A stretch of 56,956 bases of DNA from positions 1-56,956 of the forward strand of contig JBAQFI010000014.1 of the NCBI GenBank assembly GCA_049287185.1, written 5' to 3'. The translations under genes were made by a program, and so were the position numbers. This DNA is from Minisyncoccia bacterium (GTDB taxonomy: Bacteria; Patescibacteriota; Minisyncoccia; Phycocordibacterales; GWA1-40-21). The notes beneath the pieces were generated by a model. It was not told the origin of the DNA, did no database searches, and worked only from the letters and a program-made list of their open reading frames with translations. Below are positions 32,292-42,554 of this stretch, in pieces. Position 1 is the stretch's first letter. Every line of letters begins with the position of its first letter.

Positions 32292-33281
32292 ATGAGTATG
32301 AAAGTTTATCTTGGTTTTGATGTCGGTGGCACTAAGATTGCCATATCTCTAGGTACCGCTCATGGTGAACTTATTGGCAGTAGCAGGGTGACTTCTAAGG
32401 ATAGGTCACCTAATGAAGTTTTGCCAGAAATCGTGGCCGCTGGTAAAAAATTGATCAGTGACCATGGTTACTCAGGTCTGGATTTGCAGGCGATTGGTAT
32501 TGGGGCACCAGCTCCGATGGATATTTGGAAAGGCACGATCAGTCCTTGCAACATGCCAGCCTGGAAGAATGTGGCTATTCGGGATTATCTATTCAGAAGT
32601 TTTGGAGTTGAAGCATTTTTTGATAATGATGCTAACGCTGGGGCTCTGGCTGAATGGTTTTTCGGTTCTGGAATTGGTTGTCAAGATATTGTCTATTTGA
32701 CCTTGAGTACTGGTATCGGTGGTGGAATAATTGCCAATGGCAAACTGGTTATCGGTAATAGCCTTTTGGCTGGAGAAATGGGTCATGTGATTCTTGATAT
32801 TGATGGCCCGTTATGCAGCTGTGGCAATCGAGGGTGTTACGAAGCTTTTTGCGGTGGTTTAGCTATTGCCAACCATATCAAAAAAGAAATGCATAAATTT
32901 CCCGATTGCCCCATAGCCCAATTGGCCGGAGGTTTGGACAAAGTGGATTTGATTGCCCTGGAAAAAGGAGTCAGAGAGAACGATCCATATTCTCTTGGAA
33001 TTTGGCAGAAAATGTGTCTGAGGCATGCGCAGGCTATCGGTGGTATTATAAACACTCTTAGTCCAAAGCGTATTGTTCTCGGCACACTAGCCAACGCAGC
33101 CGGAGAATTATTTATGAATCCGGTAAGAGAATATTTACCAAGATTCGTTTTTCCGGCAATGCGTGGAAGTTATGAATTAACTACCAGCAAACTCGGTAAA
33201 CAACTCGGAGAGTATTCCGGCATAGCGGTAGCTTTGTATGGTTTGCACAAACGTGGAGAATGGCCTTTACCCTGGAGGTGA
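32292..33281 (+). CDS. ROK-family sugar kinase (glucokinase-like)
   Basis: GFDVGGTK ATP motif and ROK zinc motif CSCGNRGCYEAFCGG. Confidence 0.85.
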   Translation: MSMKVYLGFDVGGTKIAISLGTAHGELIGSSRVTSKDRSPNEVLPEIVAAGKKLISDHGYSGLDLQAIGIGAPAPMDIWKGTISPCNMPAWKNVAIRDYLFRSFGVEAFFDNDANAGALAEWFFGSGIGCQDIVYLTLSTGIGGGIIANGKLVIGNSLLAGEMGHVILDIDGPLCSCGNRGCYEAFCGGLAIANHIKKEMHKFPDCPIAQLAGGLDKVDLIALEKGVRENDPYSLGIWQKMCLRHAQAIGGIINTLSPKRIVLGTLANAAGELFMNPVREYLPRFVFPAMRGSYELTTSKLGKQLGEYSGIAVALYGLHKRGEWPLPWR

Positions 33282-33338
33282 AATGATCTAAAACAAAACG
33301 CTCTCAATTTATTGAGAGCGTTTTTTCTATATCAAATT

Positions 33339-34088
33339 CTATTTCTTCCAATTATCCATAATCACAGCTGTCGCAATTGAGACATTTAGTGACTCAGCCT
33401 GGCCAAAGCGGGGAATAGTGATTTTGTCGGTAATTAATTTTTCGATTTCCGCACTCACGCCATTTGATTCGTTACCCATAACTAAAATACCGGATTTTGG
33501 AAATTTAAAAGTGTGAACATTTTCTCCAGACATGAGAGCACCGAGAATTGGCAGTTTGGTTTTTGAAAGAAAATCTGCCAAATCAGTATAAAAAATATTC
33601 GCTCTAATAAAAGAACCCATAGATGCCGAAATAGTTTTACTATTATAGAAATCTGCAGTATTTTTTGAAACAATAATATTTTTGACTCCATACCAGTCGG
33701 CAATTCGAATGATTGTACCTAGGTTTCCTGGGTCTCTAACATCATCAAGAACAATAACAATTTCGTCGTCTTTAATGACAGGTGCGGTATTTTCTTTTTG
33801 TTTAACCACAGCGAGCGCGGCGTTGTTACTTTCTAAAGTACTCAATTTCTCTAAATCTTCCTGAGTAATAATTTCAAAGGGCACACCCTTTATTTCAGTT
33901 AGCGGGCGAATCAAATCAAGATTTTTACCATAAAAATCATCGGTCACTAATAAATGTTCTATTTTAAAATCGGAAGATAGTAGTTCAGCCACGCTTTTAG
34001 CTCCTTCCACTAAAAACAACCCCAATTCTTGGCGGTTTTTCTTTTCGTGTAGAGATTTTATAAGTTTTATTTGATTTTTGGTTAACAT
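33339..34088 (-). CDS. TrmH/SpoU-family RNA methyltransferase (RlmB-like, with N-terminal substrate-binding domain)
   Basis: SPOUT motifs DPGNLGTIIRIADWYG, GNESNGVS and ESLNVSIATAV. Confidence 0.8.
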   Translation of the reverse strand: MLTKNQIKLIKSLHEKKNRQELGLFLVEGAKSVAELLSSDFKIEHLLVTDDFYGKNLDLIRPLTEIKGVPFEIITQEDLEKLSTLESNNAALAVVKQKENTAPVIKDDEIVIVLDDVRDPGNLGTIIRIADWYGVKNIIVSKNTADFYNSKTISASMGSFIRANIFYTDLADFLSKTKLPILGALMSGENVHTFKFPKSGILVMGNESNGVSAEIEKLITDKITIPRFGQAESLNVSIATAVIMDNWKK

Positions 34089-34128
34089 CTTATATCCATA
34101 ATAGCATAATATTTGCTATAATTTACAT

Positions 34129-35283
34129 ATGAAAAATGTTTACAAAAAATCTTTGGCCCTACACAAAAAGCATGGAGGTAAGATTGAAGTTTGTAGTAAA
34201 GTTAGGGTTAAAAATCGTGATGACTTATCATTAGCATATACGCCAGGCGTTGGACAAGTATGTTTAGAAATTGCCAAAAAACCAGAACTCGCCTATACCT
34301 ATACGATTAAAAAAAATACTATCGCTGTAGTCTCAGACGGTTCAGCTGTTTTAGGACTAGGTAATCTTGGGGCCAAAGGTGCGATTCCCGTGATGGAAGG
34401 CAAGGCTCTGCTATTTAAAGAATTTGGTAATGTGGATGCCTTTCCGATTTGTTTAGATACCCAAGATACTGAAGAAATTATCAAAGCGGTTAAACAACTC
34501 GCCCCAGTTTTTGGCGGAATAAATTTAGAAGATATTTCGGCACCGCGCTGTTTCGAAATTGAAAGACGTTTGCGAGCAGAATTAGATATTCCAGTGATGC
34601 ACGATGATCAACATGGTACAGCCATGGTAGTTTTGGCCGGACTTATTAATGCTATTAAGCTGAGAAAAATAAAAAAGGAAGAAGCTAAAATTTTGATTAA
34701 CGGAACTGGAGCGGCGGGCACAGCCATTGCCAGAATTCTCGTTTCAGCCGGATTCAAAAAAATAATTCTTTGTGATAGTCAGGGATCGATTACAGAAAAT
34801 CGAGTCGGACTTAATTCAGAAAAAAAAGATTTGTTAAATTTTATTAAAGCTAAAACTGGTAGTTATGAAAATGTAGAAGGGGACTTAGAGAAAGTAATAA
34901 AAAACCGAGATATTTTTATTGGAGTTAGTAAGGCTGGAGTTTTAACCAAAGACCTGGTTAAAAGTATGAATGAGAAACCAATAATCTTTGCCATGGCCAA
35001 TCCAATACCCGAAATTATGCCTGATGAAGCCATTTTGGCTGGAGCTTTTATTGTCGCGACCGGGCGCTCGGATTTTGCCAATCAAGTGAACAATGTTTTA
35101 GGTTTCCCAGGAATTTTCCGTGGAGCTTTTGATAATAAAATTAAACAATTTAACGATGCGATGTTTGCTCGCGGGGCTGAAGCCCTGGCTAGTTGTGTAA
35201 AGAAGCCAACCAAAGACAATATTTTACCAAAACCATTTGATAAAAAAGTAGTTAAAGCGGTAGCGAAAGCCTTCAAGGAGTAA
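34129..35283 (+). CDS. NAD(P)-dependent malic enzyme (short bacterial form)
   Basis: LAYTPGVG, VVSDGSAVLGLGNLG and NGTGAAGTAI Rossmann motifs. Confidence 0.9.
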   Translation: MKNVYKKSLALHKKHGGKIEVCSKVRVKNRDDLSLAYTPGVGQVCLEIAKKPELAYTYTIKKNTIAVVSDGSAVLGLGNLGAKGAIPVMEGKALLFKEFGNVDAFPICLDTQDTEEIIKAVKQLAPVFGGINLEDISAPRCFEIERRLRAELDIPVMHDDQHGTAMVVLAGLINAIKLRKIKKEEAKILINGTGAAGTAIARILVSAGFKKIILCDSQGSITENRVGLNSEKKDLLNFIKAKTGSYENVEGDLEKVIKNRDIFIGVSKAGVLTKDLVKSMNEKPIIFAMANPIPEIMPDEAILAGAFIVATGRSDFANQVNNVLGFPGIFRGAFDNKIKQFNDAMFARGAEALASCVKKPTKDNILPKPFDKKVVKAVAKAFKE

Positions 35284-35336
35284 AGTTTAAAAATGTGTTA
35301 TAATTGCTGTAATTATTAGTAATCTAAAATAAATAT

Positions 35337-35720
35337 ATGTCAGGCTTTGTCACAAACATCGAGAAGAAAACCTTAGAAAATAAATATTTCCGTGAAGTGC
35401 TTTTTACTTCTAAACATTGTCAGTTGGTGGTCATGTCACTTAAACCTTTGGAGGAAATCGGTATGGAAGTTCATGAAACTACCGATCAGTTTTTCCGCGT
35501 AGATGGTGGAAAGGGCAAAGTGATTATTGGAGGTGTTGAATCAAACATTGAGAACGGTTCTGCTGTAGTAGTGCCAGCCGGTAGTAATCATAATGTTATC
35601 AATACTTCAGCGTCTGAAGATTTGAAACTTTACACAATCTACATGCCACCACATCACCGCGATGGTACAATTCACAAGACAAAAGCTGAAGCTGAAGCCG
35701 ACACAGAGGACCATATATAA
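35337..35720 (+). CDS. cupin domain protein
   Basis: Cupin motifs (GMEVHETTDQFFRV, VVVPAGSNHNVIN). Confidence 0.7.
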   Translation: MSGFVTNIEKKTLENKYFREVLFTSKHCQLVVMSLKPLEEIGMEVHETTDQFFRVDGGKGKVIIGGVESNIENGSAVVVPAGSNHNVINTSASEDLKLYTIYMPPHHRDGTIHKTKAEAEADTEDHI

Positions 35721-35740
35721 GAAGAATTTTTTGAATTGTT

Positions 35741-36607
35741 ATGAAGCCTGATAATTTAGAACATCTGAAACTTGGGGGAATTGGTATCATACCCACTGAT
35801 ACTATCTATGGTGTTGTCGGGCAAGCATTGCGCCCTAAAGTTGTAGAAAGAATTTATAATCTTAAAGGTAGGACAGCCAGCAAACCTTTTATTATTTTAA
35901 TTTCTTCTTTAGAAGATTTACAAAAATTTAAAGTTTATCTTACTCCAGACGAAAAAAAATTCTTAAATAAATATTGGCCTGGAGCTATTAGTGTAATTCT
36001 GCCTGTTCCGTATGATGAATTACAGTATTTGCATCGGGGTGAAAAAACCCTAGCTTTTCGTTTTCCAAATAAGCCAGATTTAGTCGAGGTTATTAAAGAG
36101 GTTGGACCATTAGTCGCACCTAGCGCTAATCCTGAAGGTGCCACGCCAGCCACCAATATTTACGAAGCCAAAGATTATTTTGGTATAGGTGTTGATTTTT
36201 ATGAAGATGGTGGAACACTAGAATCTACACCATCAACTTTAGTTTTTCTGGCCAATGGTGAAGTTGAAGTTATAAGACAAGGGAAAGTAGTTATTTCAGA
36301 AGCAATTAACGAAGAGAAAAAACCAGAAAATGAAATTATTGAGGAAAAAGTTGAAATAAGGAAAATTGATAATTCTGATTATCATCCTCGTGAAGACGGC
36401 CTGCCTGCCGGCGAGGCAAAGGATCCAGTCTTAGTAAAAACCTTACCAGATGAAGAAAAAATAGTTGAACCATCGAAAATAGATTACCCAATAGGTGAAA
36501 TAACTGAAAGATTAGAAACACAAATGACCACCAAGGAGAAGATACTTTACGCCAGCCTTTTTCTAGCATCTTTGCTTATTTTAGTGATTTGTATTTTAAT
36601 AAGATAA
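35741..36607 (+). CDS. Sua5/YrdC/TsaC-family threonylcarbamoyl-AMP synthase with acidic linker and C-terminal membrane anchor
   Basis: YrdC motifs PTDTIYGV, KGRTASKPFIILI and APSANPEG in residues about 1-185. These are followed by a Glu/Lys/Pro-rich segment and a terminal hydrophobic helix LYASLFLASLLILVICILI. Confidence 0.75.
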   Translation: MKPDNLEHLKLGGIGIIPTDTIYGVVGQALRPKVVERIYNLKGRTASKPFIILISSLEDLQKFKVYLTPDEKKFLNKYWPGAISVILPVPYDELQYLHRGEKTLAFRFPNKPDLVEVIKEVGPLVAPSANPEGATPATNIYEAKDYFGIGVDFYEDGGTLESTPSTLVFLANGEVEVIRQGKVVISEAINEEKKPENEIIEEKVEIRKIDNSDYHPREDGLPAGEAKDPVLVKTLPDEEKIVEPSKIDYPIGEITERLETQMTTKEKILYASLFLASLLILVICILIR

Positions 36608-36609
36608 CA

Positions 36610-37482
36610 ATGAAGAATTTAAAGATAGAAACAGTGGTGCCTTGTGCAGGTTATGAGTTAATAGACAGTGGTGATGGAGAAAAATTGGAGCGTTATGGCG
36701 AATTTGTTTTGTCGCGTCCAGATCCTCAGGCTCTGTGGTCTCGTAGTTTACCCATTGAAGATTGGAAAAAAGCTGACGCCTATTTCTATCGCACTGGAGA
36801 GAAGTCTGGCTGGAAAATTAAAATGGGATTACCAAAAGAATGGGAAATCGAGATGGAAGGATTAAAATTTCAAATTCGCCCAACTTCTTTTAAACATACC
36901 GGCTTGTTTCCTGAGCAGGCAGCCAATTGGAAATGGATCAAACAAAAAATTTCTAGTGCGCAGAGACCAATAAAAGTTCTGAATCTTTTTGGATATACTG
37001 GTGGAGCGACGCTAGCAGCTTTACTCGGTGGGGCAGAGGTTACTCATGTTGATGGTTCAAAAACAGCTGTAAATTGGGCTCAAAAAAATATGGAGTTGTC
37101 TGGTCTCAAAGATAAGCCAGCGAGATTCCTGGTAGATGACGCCAGAGCTTTTGTTCAGAGAGAAATTCGTCGGGGTAGTAAATACGATGCTATTATTATG
37201 GACCCGCCAGCTTTTGGTCGGGGAGCTAAAGATGAAATTTGGAAAATTGAAGAAGATCTAATCCCATTACTGGAATCATGTCAAAAAATTCTTTCTGATA
37301 ATCCTTTGTTTATAATTATTAATGGTTACTCAGCCGGCTATTCAGCTTTGGCCTATGAAAATGTTTTGGAGCCAATTGTTAAAAAATATGGCGGGGAGAT
37401 TGAAATAGGGGAACTAACTTTAGCCGAAAATTCTGGACGATTGTTACCAGCTGGAATTTTTGCGAGATGGGAAGTGAAATAA
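36610..37482 (+). CDS. class I SAM-dependent RNA methyltransferase (RlmI/RlmK-like)
   Basis: LNLFGYTGGATLAA SAM motif and DPPAFGRG motif. The start is set at MKNLKIE just after the upstream stop. Confidence 0.75.
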   Translation: MKNLKIETVVPCAGYELIDSGDGEKLERYGEFVLSRPDPQALWSRSLPIEDWKKADAYFYRTGEKSGWKIKMGLPKEWEIEMEGLKFQIRPTSFKHTGLFPEQAANWKWIKQKISSAQRPIKVLNLFGYTGGATLAALLGGAEVTHVDGSKTAVNWAQKNMELSGLKDKPARFLVDDARAFVQREIRRGSKYDAIIMDPPAFGRGAKDEIWKIEEDLIPLLESCQKILSDNPLFIIINGYSAGYSALAYENVLEPIVKKYGGEIEIGELTLAENSGRLLPAGIFARWEVK

Positions 37483-37484
37483 AA

Positions 37485-37608
37485 AATCAAAACTCAAAAG
37501 TTAAACTCAAAAATAAAATTATGGCCACAGATTTCGCGAAGCGAAACCTGTGGCTTTGATTTTGACTTTTTACATCTAGTTTTGATATTTTAGTTTTAAC
37601 TTTTGAGT
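37485..37608. repeat. long imperfect palindrome around a terminator hairpin (AAAACTCAAAAGTTAAA arms)
   Basis: Central hairpin GGCCACAG...CTGTGGC, outer arms AAAACTCAAAAGTTAAAC / TTTTAACTTTTGAGTT. Similar low-complexity strings lie at about 8556-8590 and 56890-56930. Confidence 0.6.
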
Positions 37609-37654
37609 TATTTCAATACTTTACAAGTTAACTATCCAATGCTAACATATAATT

Positions 37655-38089
37655 ATGAAAGTTTTTTATAAGATTCATCAGTTCATGTTAGCACTTGAAC
37701 GATCATTACAAAGGGAACTCGCTCAAAATTGCCCCCAGGTAACCTTTTCTCAATTTATGTTCCTGCTGGTTATTCAAAAACATCCAGAATCTTCTCAAAA
37801 AATTATAGCCGATGCTAGGCAACTTACCCCGGCTGCTATTAGTAGACAAATTGAGATACTAATTAAAAAAGGTTGGGTTGTGAGGGAAAAAACTAGTTAC
37901 TCAAAAAGAGAATATATATTAAGTCTAACTCCTCAAGGAAAAAAACTTCTTGAGCAAGCTAAAAAGGTTTTAGATAAACAAAGAAATAGGATTTTTGAAG
38001 ATGTCGATTACAAGGAACTAGATCAGGTAGAGAAAATAATCGATAAATGGTTAAAAAAAATAATCGGTGATAATATTAAGACAAAGTAA
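37655..38089 (+). CDS. MarR-family transcriptional regulator
   Basis: Winged-helix pattern. Its size and position upstream of the efflux operon fit. Confidence 0.7.
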   Translation: MKVFYKIHQFMLALERSLQRELAQNCPQVTFSQFMFLLVIQKHPESSQKIIADARQLTPAAISRQIEILIKKGWVVREKTSYSKREYILSLTPQGKKLLEQAKKVLDKQRNRIFEDVDYKELDQVEKIIDKWLKKIIGDNIKTK

Positions 38090-38100
38090 ACATAAAAAAC

Positions 38101-39675
38101 ATGAAAAATATATACTCTAAAAGCAAACATTTTATTGTTAAATATAAGTGGTGGTCAGTAATTATTTTGACCTTAATTTTAGTTGCTTCTTATTATGTTT
38201 GGAGTAGCTTTGAAAATGTTAACTACCAGTTAATTGAGGTTGTTAAAACTAACCTCTCGGAAGAAGTAAGTATTACCGGTAGAGTAAAAGCTATCCAAAA
38301 TATTGATTTAGCTTTTGAAAAGAGTGGCACAGTGGGAAGTATAAAGGTTAATGTTGGTGATAAAGTTGTGACCGGCCAACCGTTAGTCTCCTTAACCAAT
38401 AGTGATTTGTTGGCTCAATACGACCAAACTTTGGCTGCTCTACAAAAAGAAGAGGTTCGTTTATCTGAACTTAAGCGAGGAACTAGACTAGAGGAAATTA
38501 CTTTGCAAGAAACTCAAGTAGAGAAGTCATCCTTGGATTTAGCTCAGGCTAAAACCAATCTCATAAATACTTTGAAAGATTCATATACCAAAGCTGACGA
38601 TGCTTTAAAAAATAAAATTTATTCATTGTTTACTGACCCTGCTAAATATGGAGCTGGATTAACTTTTTCAACAGATTCTTTTCTTCAGGAAGATATTGAG
38701 GATGGTAAGGACACAATAAGCGATGACCTTTATGCTTGGTACAAGGAGTTATCCGAATTAAATACTACTTCAGATTTAGAAATATACTACAGTGCAGCAA
38801 AATTAAATATGACGTCAATAAAATCACTACTTGATAAGTGTGCCACAGCCGTGAATGGTTTGAACGCTGATTCAAATATTTCTCAGACCCAGATTGATAC
38901 TTGGAAATCAAACATTTCTACTGCCAGAACTAATATTGATTTAGCTATAAGCAGTTTAACCACTAGTTATGACACCTATAAAACCAGTGTTTCAGCTTTA
39001 AAAATTTCTCAAGACCAGCTGGCTATTAAAAAAGCGGGTTCATCAGCAGAAGAAATCTATGGTCAAGAAGCCCAATTAGCTCAAGCTCGAGCAAACGTCG
39101 GAGTAACTTTAGCTCAATTAAATAAAAATACTCTCTATGCTCCTTTTTCCGGTTTGGTTGCTAAACAAGAAGTTAAAATTGGGCAAATAGTTTCACCGGG
39201 AGAAATGGTAGTTTCCATAATCTCCTCTGGACAATATGAGATAGAAGCTTTTATTCCCGAGGCGGATATTGCTAAGGTCGCCTTAGGTAATGAAGCTGTG
39301 GTTACTCTCGATGCTTATGGCTCGAATGTTAAATTTACAGCCACTATTTTCCAAATTGATCCAACCGAGACTCTTACTGAAGGTGTAGCTACTTATAAGA
39401 CTATAATTCGCTTCAATAATGAGGATACAAGAATAAAATCTGGTATGACCGCCAATATAGATATTTTAACTGCCTCAAGGAAAAACGTTCTAGCTATTCC
39501 AATGCGGTATTTAATCAGTAAAGATGGTGTTAAATTAGTAAAAGTTTTAGACCAGAATGATCCAAGTGATTTTATAGAAAAAGAAATCGAGGTTGGTCTA
39601 AAAGGTTCTGATGGAAATATAGAAGTTATCTCTGGTTTAGAAGAAGGCGCTAGAATTATTATTCCAACTATATAA
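38101..39675 (+). CDS. HlyD/MacA-family periplasmic adaptor with a long coiled coil
   Basis: N-terminal anchor, lipoyl-like motif GDKVVTGQPLV, long helical hairpin, beta-barrel C-terminus. Confidence 0.8.
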   Translation: MKNIYSKSKHFIVKYKWWSVIILTLILVASYYVWSSFENVNYQLIEVVKTNLSEEVSITGRVKAIQNIDLAFEKSGTVGSIKVNVGDKVVTGQPLVSLTNSDLLAQYDQTLAALQKEEVRLSELKRGTRLEEITLQETQVEKSSLDLAQAKTNLINTLKDSYTKADDALKNKIYSLFTDPAKYGAGLTFSTDSFLQEDIEDGKDTISDDLYAWYKELSELNTTSDLEIYYSAAKLNMTSIKSLLDKCATAVNGLNADSNISQTQIDTWKSNISTARTNIDLAISSLTTSYDTYKTSVSALKISQDQLAIKKAGSSAEEIYGQEAQLAQARANVGVTLAQLNKNTLYAPFSGLVAKQEVKIGQIVSPGEMVVSIISSGQYEIEAFIPEADIAKVALGNEAVVTLDAYGSNVKFTATIFQIDPTETLTEGVATYKTIIRFNNEDTRIKSGMTANIDILTASRKNVLAIPMRYLISKDGVKLVKVLDQNDPSDFIEKEIEVGLKGSDGNIEVISGLEEGARIIIPTI

Positions 39676-40394
39676 TGATTACATTTGAAGTAAAAAAATT
39701 AGGTAAAATCTACGATAATGATGGTGTAAAAACCGAGGCTCTTAAAGAAATCTCTTTTGAAATTAAAAAAGGAGAGTTCGTAGCTATCATGGGTCCTTCT
39801 GGTTCTGGTAAATCCACTCTACTTCAAATTCTGGGTTTGCTTGATGATTATTCTCACGGTACTTATAATTTTTTAGGTAAAAGTATTAAATCTTATAATC
39901 AAAAAGAAATTGCCAAGATTCGTAATGAAAAAATGGGTTTTGTTTTTCAAGCTTTTAATCTTTTACCACGGGCTACTGTGTTAGAAAATGTTAAATTGCC
40001 ACTACTTTATTCTGATAAACCTGAAAGCGATTGGGAGAAACTAGCCAAAGATGCCGTGATTGCGGTTGGATTGGAACATCGAATGTTTCATGAAGCTAAA
40101 CAATTATCTGGTGGTGAAAAACAAAGAGTGGCCATCGCTCGAGCCCTAGTCAATTCTCCAGAAGTGATTTTTGCTGACGAACCAACAGGAAATTTGGATT
40201 CTAAATCTGGTCAAGCAGTTATCGAGATAATTCAAAAATTAAATAAAGAAATGGGACATACTGTTGTTCTAATTACTCATGAAACCTACACTGCTGAATA
40301 CGCTGAGAGAATCATCCGTTTACTTGATGGGGAAATCGAAAGTGATAAGAAAGTTCTTGAGAGAAGAGTGGATTGTAAAACATTCATAAAATAA
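39675..40394 (+). CDS. ABC transporter ATP-binding protein (MacB/LolD type)
   Basis: Walker [10 protein letters not shown], signature LSGGEKQR, Walker B IFADEPTG. Confidence 0.9.
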   Translation: MITFEVKKLGKIYDNDGVKTEALKEISFEIKKGEFVAIMGPSGSGKSTLLQILGLLDDYSHGTYNFLGKSIKSYNQKEIAKIRNEKMGFVFQAFNLLPRATVLENVKLPLLYSDKPESDWEKLAKDAVIAVGLEHRMFHEAKQLSGGEKQRVAIARALVNSPEVIFADEPTGNLDSKSGQAVIEIIQKLNKEMGHTVVLITHETYTAEYAERIIRLLDGEIESDKKVLERRVDCKTFIK

Positions 40395-40395
40395 A

Positions 40396-41640
40396 ATGAT
40401 TTTAAGATATAGTATAAAAACAGCACTAAATGGACTTAAGACGCACAAATCGCGTTCCGCTCTGACAATTTTGGGAATTGTTATTGGCATTTCTTCCATC
40501 ATTGTTATTATGTCTCTTGGTGCTGGTGCTAAAAATTTAATATTAGGAGAAATACAAGGAACTATAGGTTCAAAAGTTATTGAAATTCGACCTGGCAAGG
40601 AACCGAAAGGGCCAACAGACGTAATGAGTGTAATGTTTCTTGATTCCCTAAAACAAAAGGATGTTGATGCTCTTCGAAAAAAAACTAATGCCCCGACTAT
40701 TAGTGGGGTGATGCCTTTAGCAGTGGGAAGCGAAACAATTTCCTATGGTAGCGAAACATATTCTGCTGCTTATTATGGTGTAAATGAATTGGCTGTCAGA
40801 ATGTATAGTATGGTGCCATCCGAGGGAAGATTTATGACTGAAGATGAAGTTAAAAGTTTTGCCGATGTTGCCATCATTGGAAATGAAATTAAGAAAGAAC
40901 TTTTTGCTGATCAGGATAACGTTCTTGGTGAGAAAATTAAAATCAAAGGGAAAAATTTTAAAATCATTGGTATCTTACCAGAAAAAGGGCAGGGTATTAT
41001 TAGTTTTGATACTGTAGTTATTATTCCTTACACTACGGCCCAGCAATATCTAACAGGTAAAAAATATTTTCAACATATTGTAGTCGAAGCGGATTCTGAA
41101 GAAAATGTTTTAAGGACTATCGAGGATATTAAAACTACAATAAGAGATTCTCATAATATTACTGACCCCGAAGAAGATGATTTTAGTATTGGTAGTCAGG
41201 CTGATGCCCTAAAAATGGTGGGCTCGGTTATGAGTATTCTCACTTTATTTTTAGCGGCTGTAGCGGCCATCTCTCTAATAGTTGGTGGAGTAGGAATTAT
41301 GAATATTATGTTGGTATCTGTAACGGAAAGAACTAAAGAAATTGGTTTACGTAAGGCATTGGGTGCTACCGATAATGATATTTTAGTTCAATTCTTGTTA
41401 GAAGCAGTAATCTTGACGGCCACTGGAGGACTGATTGGAATTATTTTAGGATCAAGTACCGCCTTCGTAACATCAATTCTTATTAATCAGTTTGGTGGTT
41501 TTGATTGGCAATTTACTTTTCCAATCAGTGGAGCCGTTCTCGGTTTGGGGGTTTCCAGTTTGATCGGTCTAATTTTCGGTATTTATCCTGCTCGTCAGGC
41601 TGCCAAGAAGAGCCCAATGGAAGCATTGCGTTACGAGTAA
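40396..41640 (+). CDS. ABC transporter permease (MacB/FtsX type)
   Basis: MacB periplasmic domain plus a C-terminal FtsX four-helix module (RTKEIGLRKALGA). Confidence 0.85.
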   Translation: MILRYSIKTALNGLKTHKSRSALTILGIVIGISSIIVIMSLGAGAKNLILGEIQGTIGSKVIEIRPGKEPKGPTDVMSVMFLDSLKQKDVDALRKKTNAPTISGVMPLAVGSETISYGSETYSAAYYGVNELAVRMYSMVPSEGRFMTEDEVKSFADVAIIGNEIKKELFADQDNVLGEKIKIKGKNFKIIGILPEKGQGIISFDTVVIIPYTTAQQYLTGKKYFQHIVVEADSEENVLRTIEDIKTTIRDSHNITDPEEDDFSIGSQADALKMVGSVMSILTLFLAAVAAISLIVGGVGIMNIMLVSVTERTKEIGLRKALGATDNDILVQFLLEAVILTATGGLIGIILGSSTAFVTSILINQFGGFDWQFTFPISGAVLGLGVSSLIGLIFGIYPARQAAKKSPMEALRYE

Positions 41641-41660
41641 AAATATTATATAAATTCTGG

Positions 41661-42512
41661 ATGCTTAAAATATTAGATGGCAAGGTGGTTCGAAATAAAA
41701 TAATGGCTGATTTAAAAAAGAAAATCAGTGATTTTAATTTGTCACCAAATCTGGCTATTATTAAAATAGGGGATAATCCTGATTCAGATATCTATGTAAA
41801 AATGAAAATTGATTTTGCTAAGAAAATCGGGGCCAAAGCTCAGGTTGTAAGTTTTTCAGAAAAAAAAGTTACTCAGGAAATGCTTTTAGCAGAAATAGAA
41901 AAATTAAATAATGATAAAAAAGTAAATGGAATTATTGTTCAGTCTCCATTACCATCTCCACTCAATTGGGCAGAAGCAGTAGAGAAAGTTGTCCCAGAAA
42001 AAGATGTTGACGGACTATGTTCAGCAAATGTTAAAAAACTTTTAGATAATGATAAGACTGCTTTGATCCCGGCTACTGCCAGAGGTATATTGTCACTTTT
42101 AAATTATTATAAAATTCCAATAAAAGATAAAAAAGTTGTAGTCATGGGCAGATCGGCTCTTGTGGGGAAACCAGTGGCCACTCTTATGACAAATAATGGT
42201 GCCAAGGTAACGGTTTGTCACAGCCAGACGATTGATCCAGATAAAATAACCAGAGAAGCAGATATTTTAATTGTGGCTATCGGTAAATCAGAATTAATTG
42301 GTGCCGAATACGTTAAATCCGGTCAGGTAGTTATAGATGTCGGTATTAGTACGATAATAAATAGCGATGGTACTAGGAAGGTTCATGGGGACGTCGATTT
42401 TGATTCTGTAAAAAATATCGTTTCGGCCATATCTCCAGTCCCGGGTGGAGTTGGACCAATGACTGTCGCTTCTTTGTTTGAAAATTTGGTGCAGCAAACT
42501 AAAATTAACTAA
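41661..42512 (+). CDS. folD: bifunctional methylenetetrahydrofolate dehydrogenase/cyclohydrolase
   Basis: MLKILDGK start, GRSALVGKP and PVPGGVGPMT motifs. The longer ORF from 41505 overlaps the permease gene and was rejected. Confidence 0.9.
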   Translation: MLKILDGKVVRNKIMADLKKKISDFNLSPNLAIIKIGDNPDSDIYVKMKIDFAKKIGAKAQVVSFSEKKVTQEMLLAEIEKLNNDKKVNGIIVQSPLPSPLNWAEAVEKVVPEKDVDGLCSANVKKLLDNDKTALIPATARGILSLLNYYKIPIKDKKVVVMGRSALVGKPVATLMTNNGAKVTVCHSQTIDPDKITREADILIVAIGKSELIGAEYVKSGQVVIDVGISTIINSDGTRKVHGDVDFDSVKNIVSAISPVPGGVGPMTVASLFENLVQQTKIN

Positions 42513-42554
42513 AAATCAGTATATTATTTTAAGTAACCCATAACACCATTCCTC

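Noticed and set aside
41505-41660. The long N-terminal extension of the FolD ORF (start at 41505).
   Set aside because: It overlaps the last 136 nt of the ABC permease gene in another frame and has no FolD-like sequence. The canonical MLKILDGK start at 41661 follows the permease stop by 20 nt.
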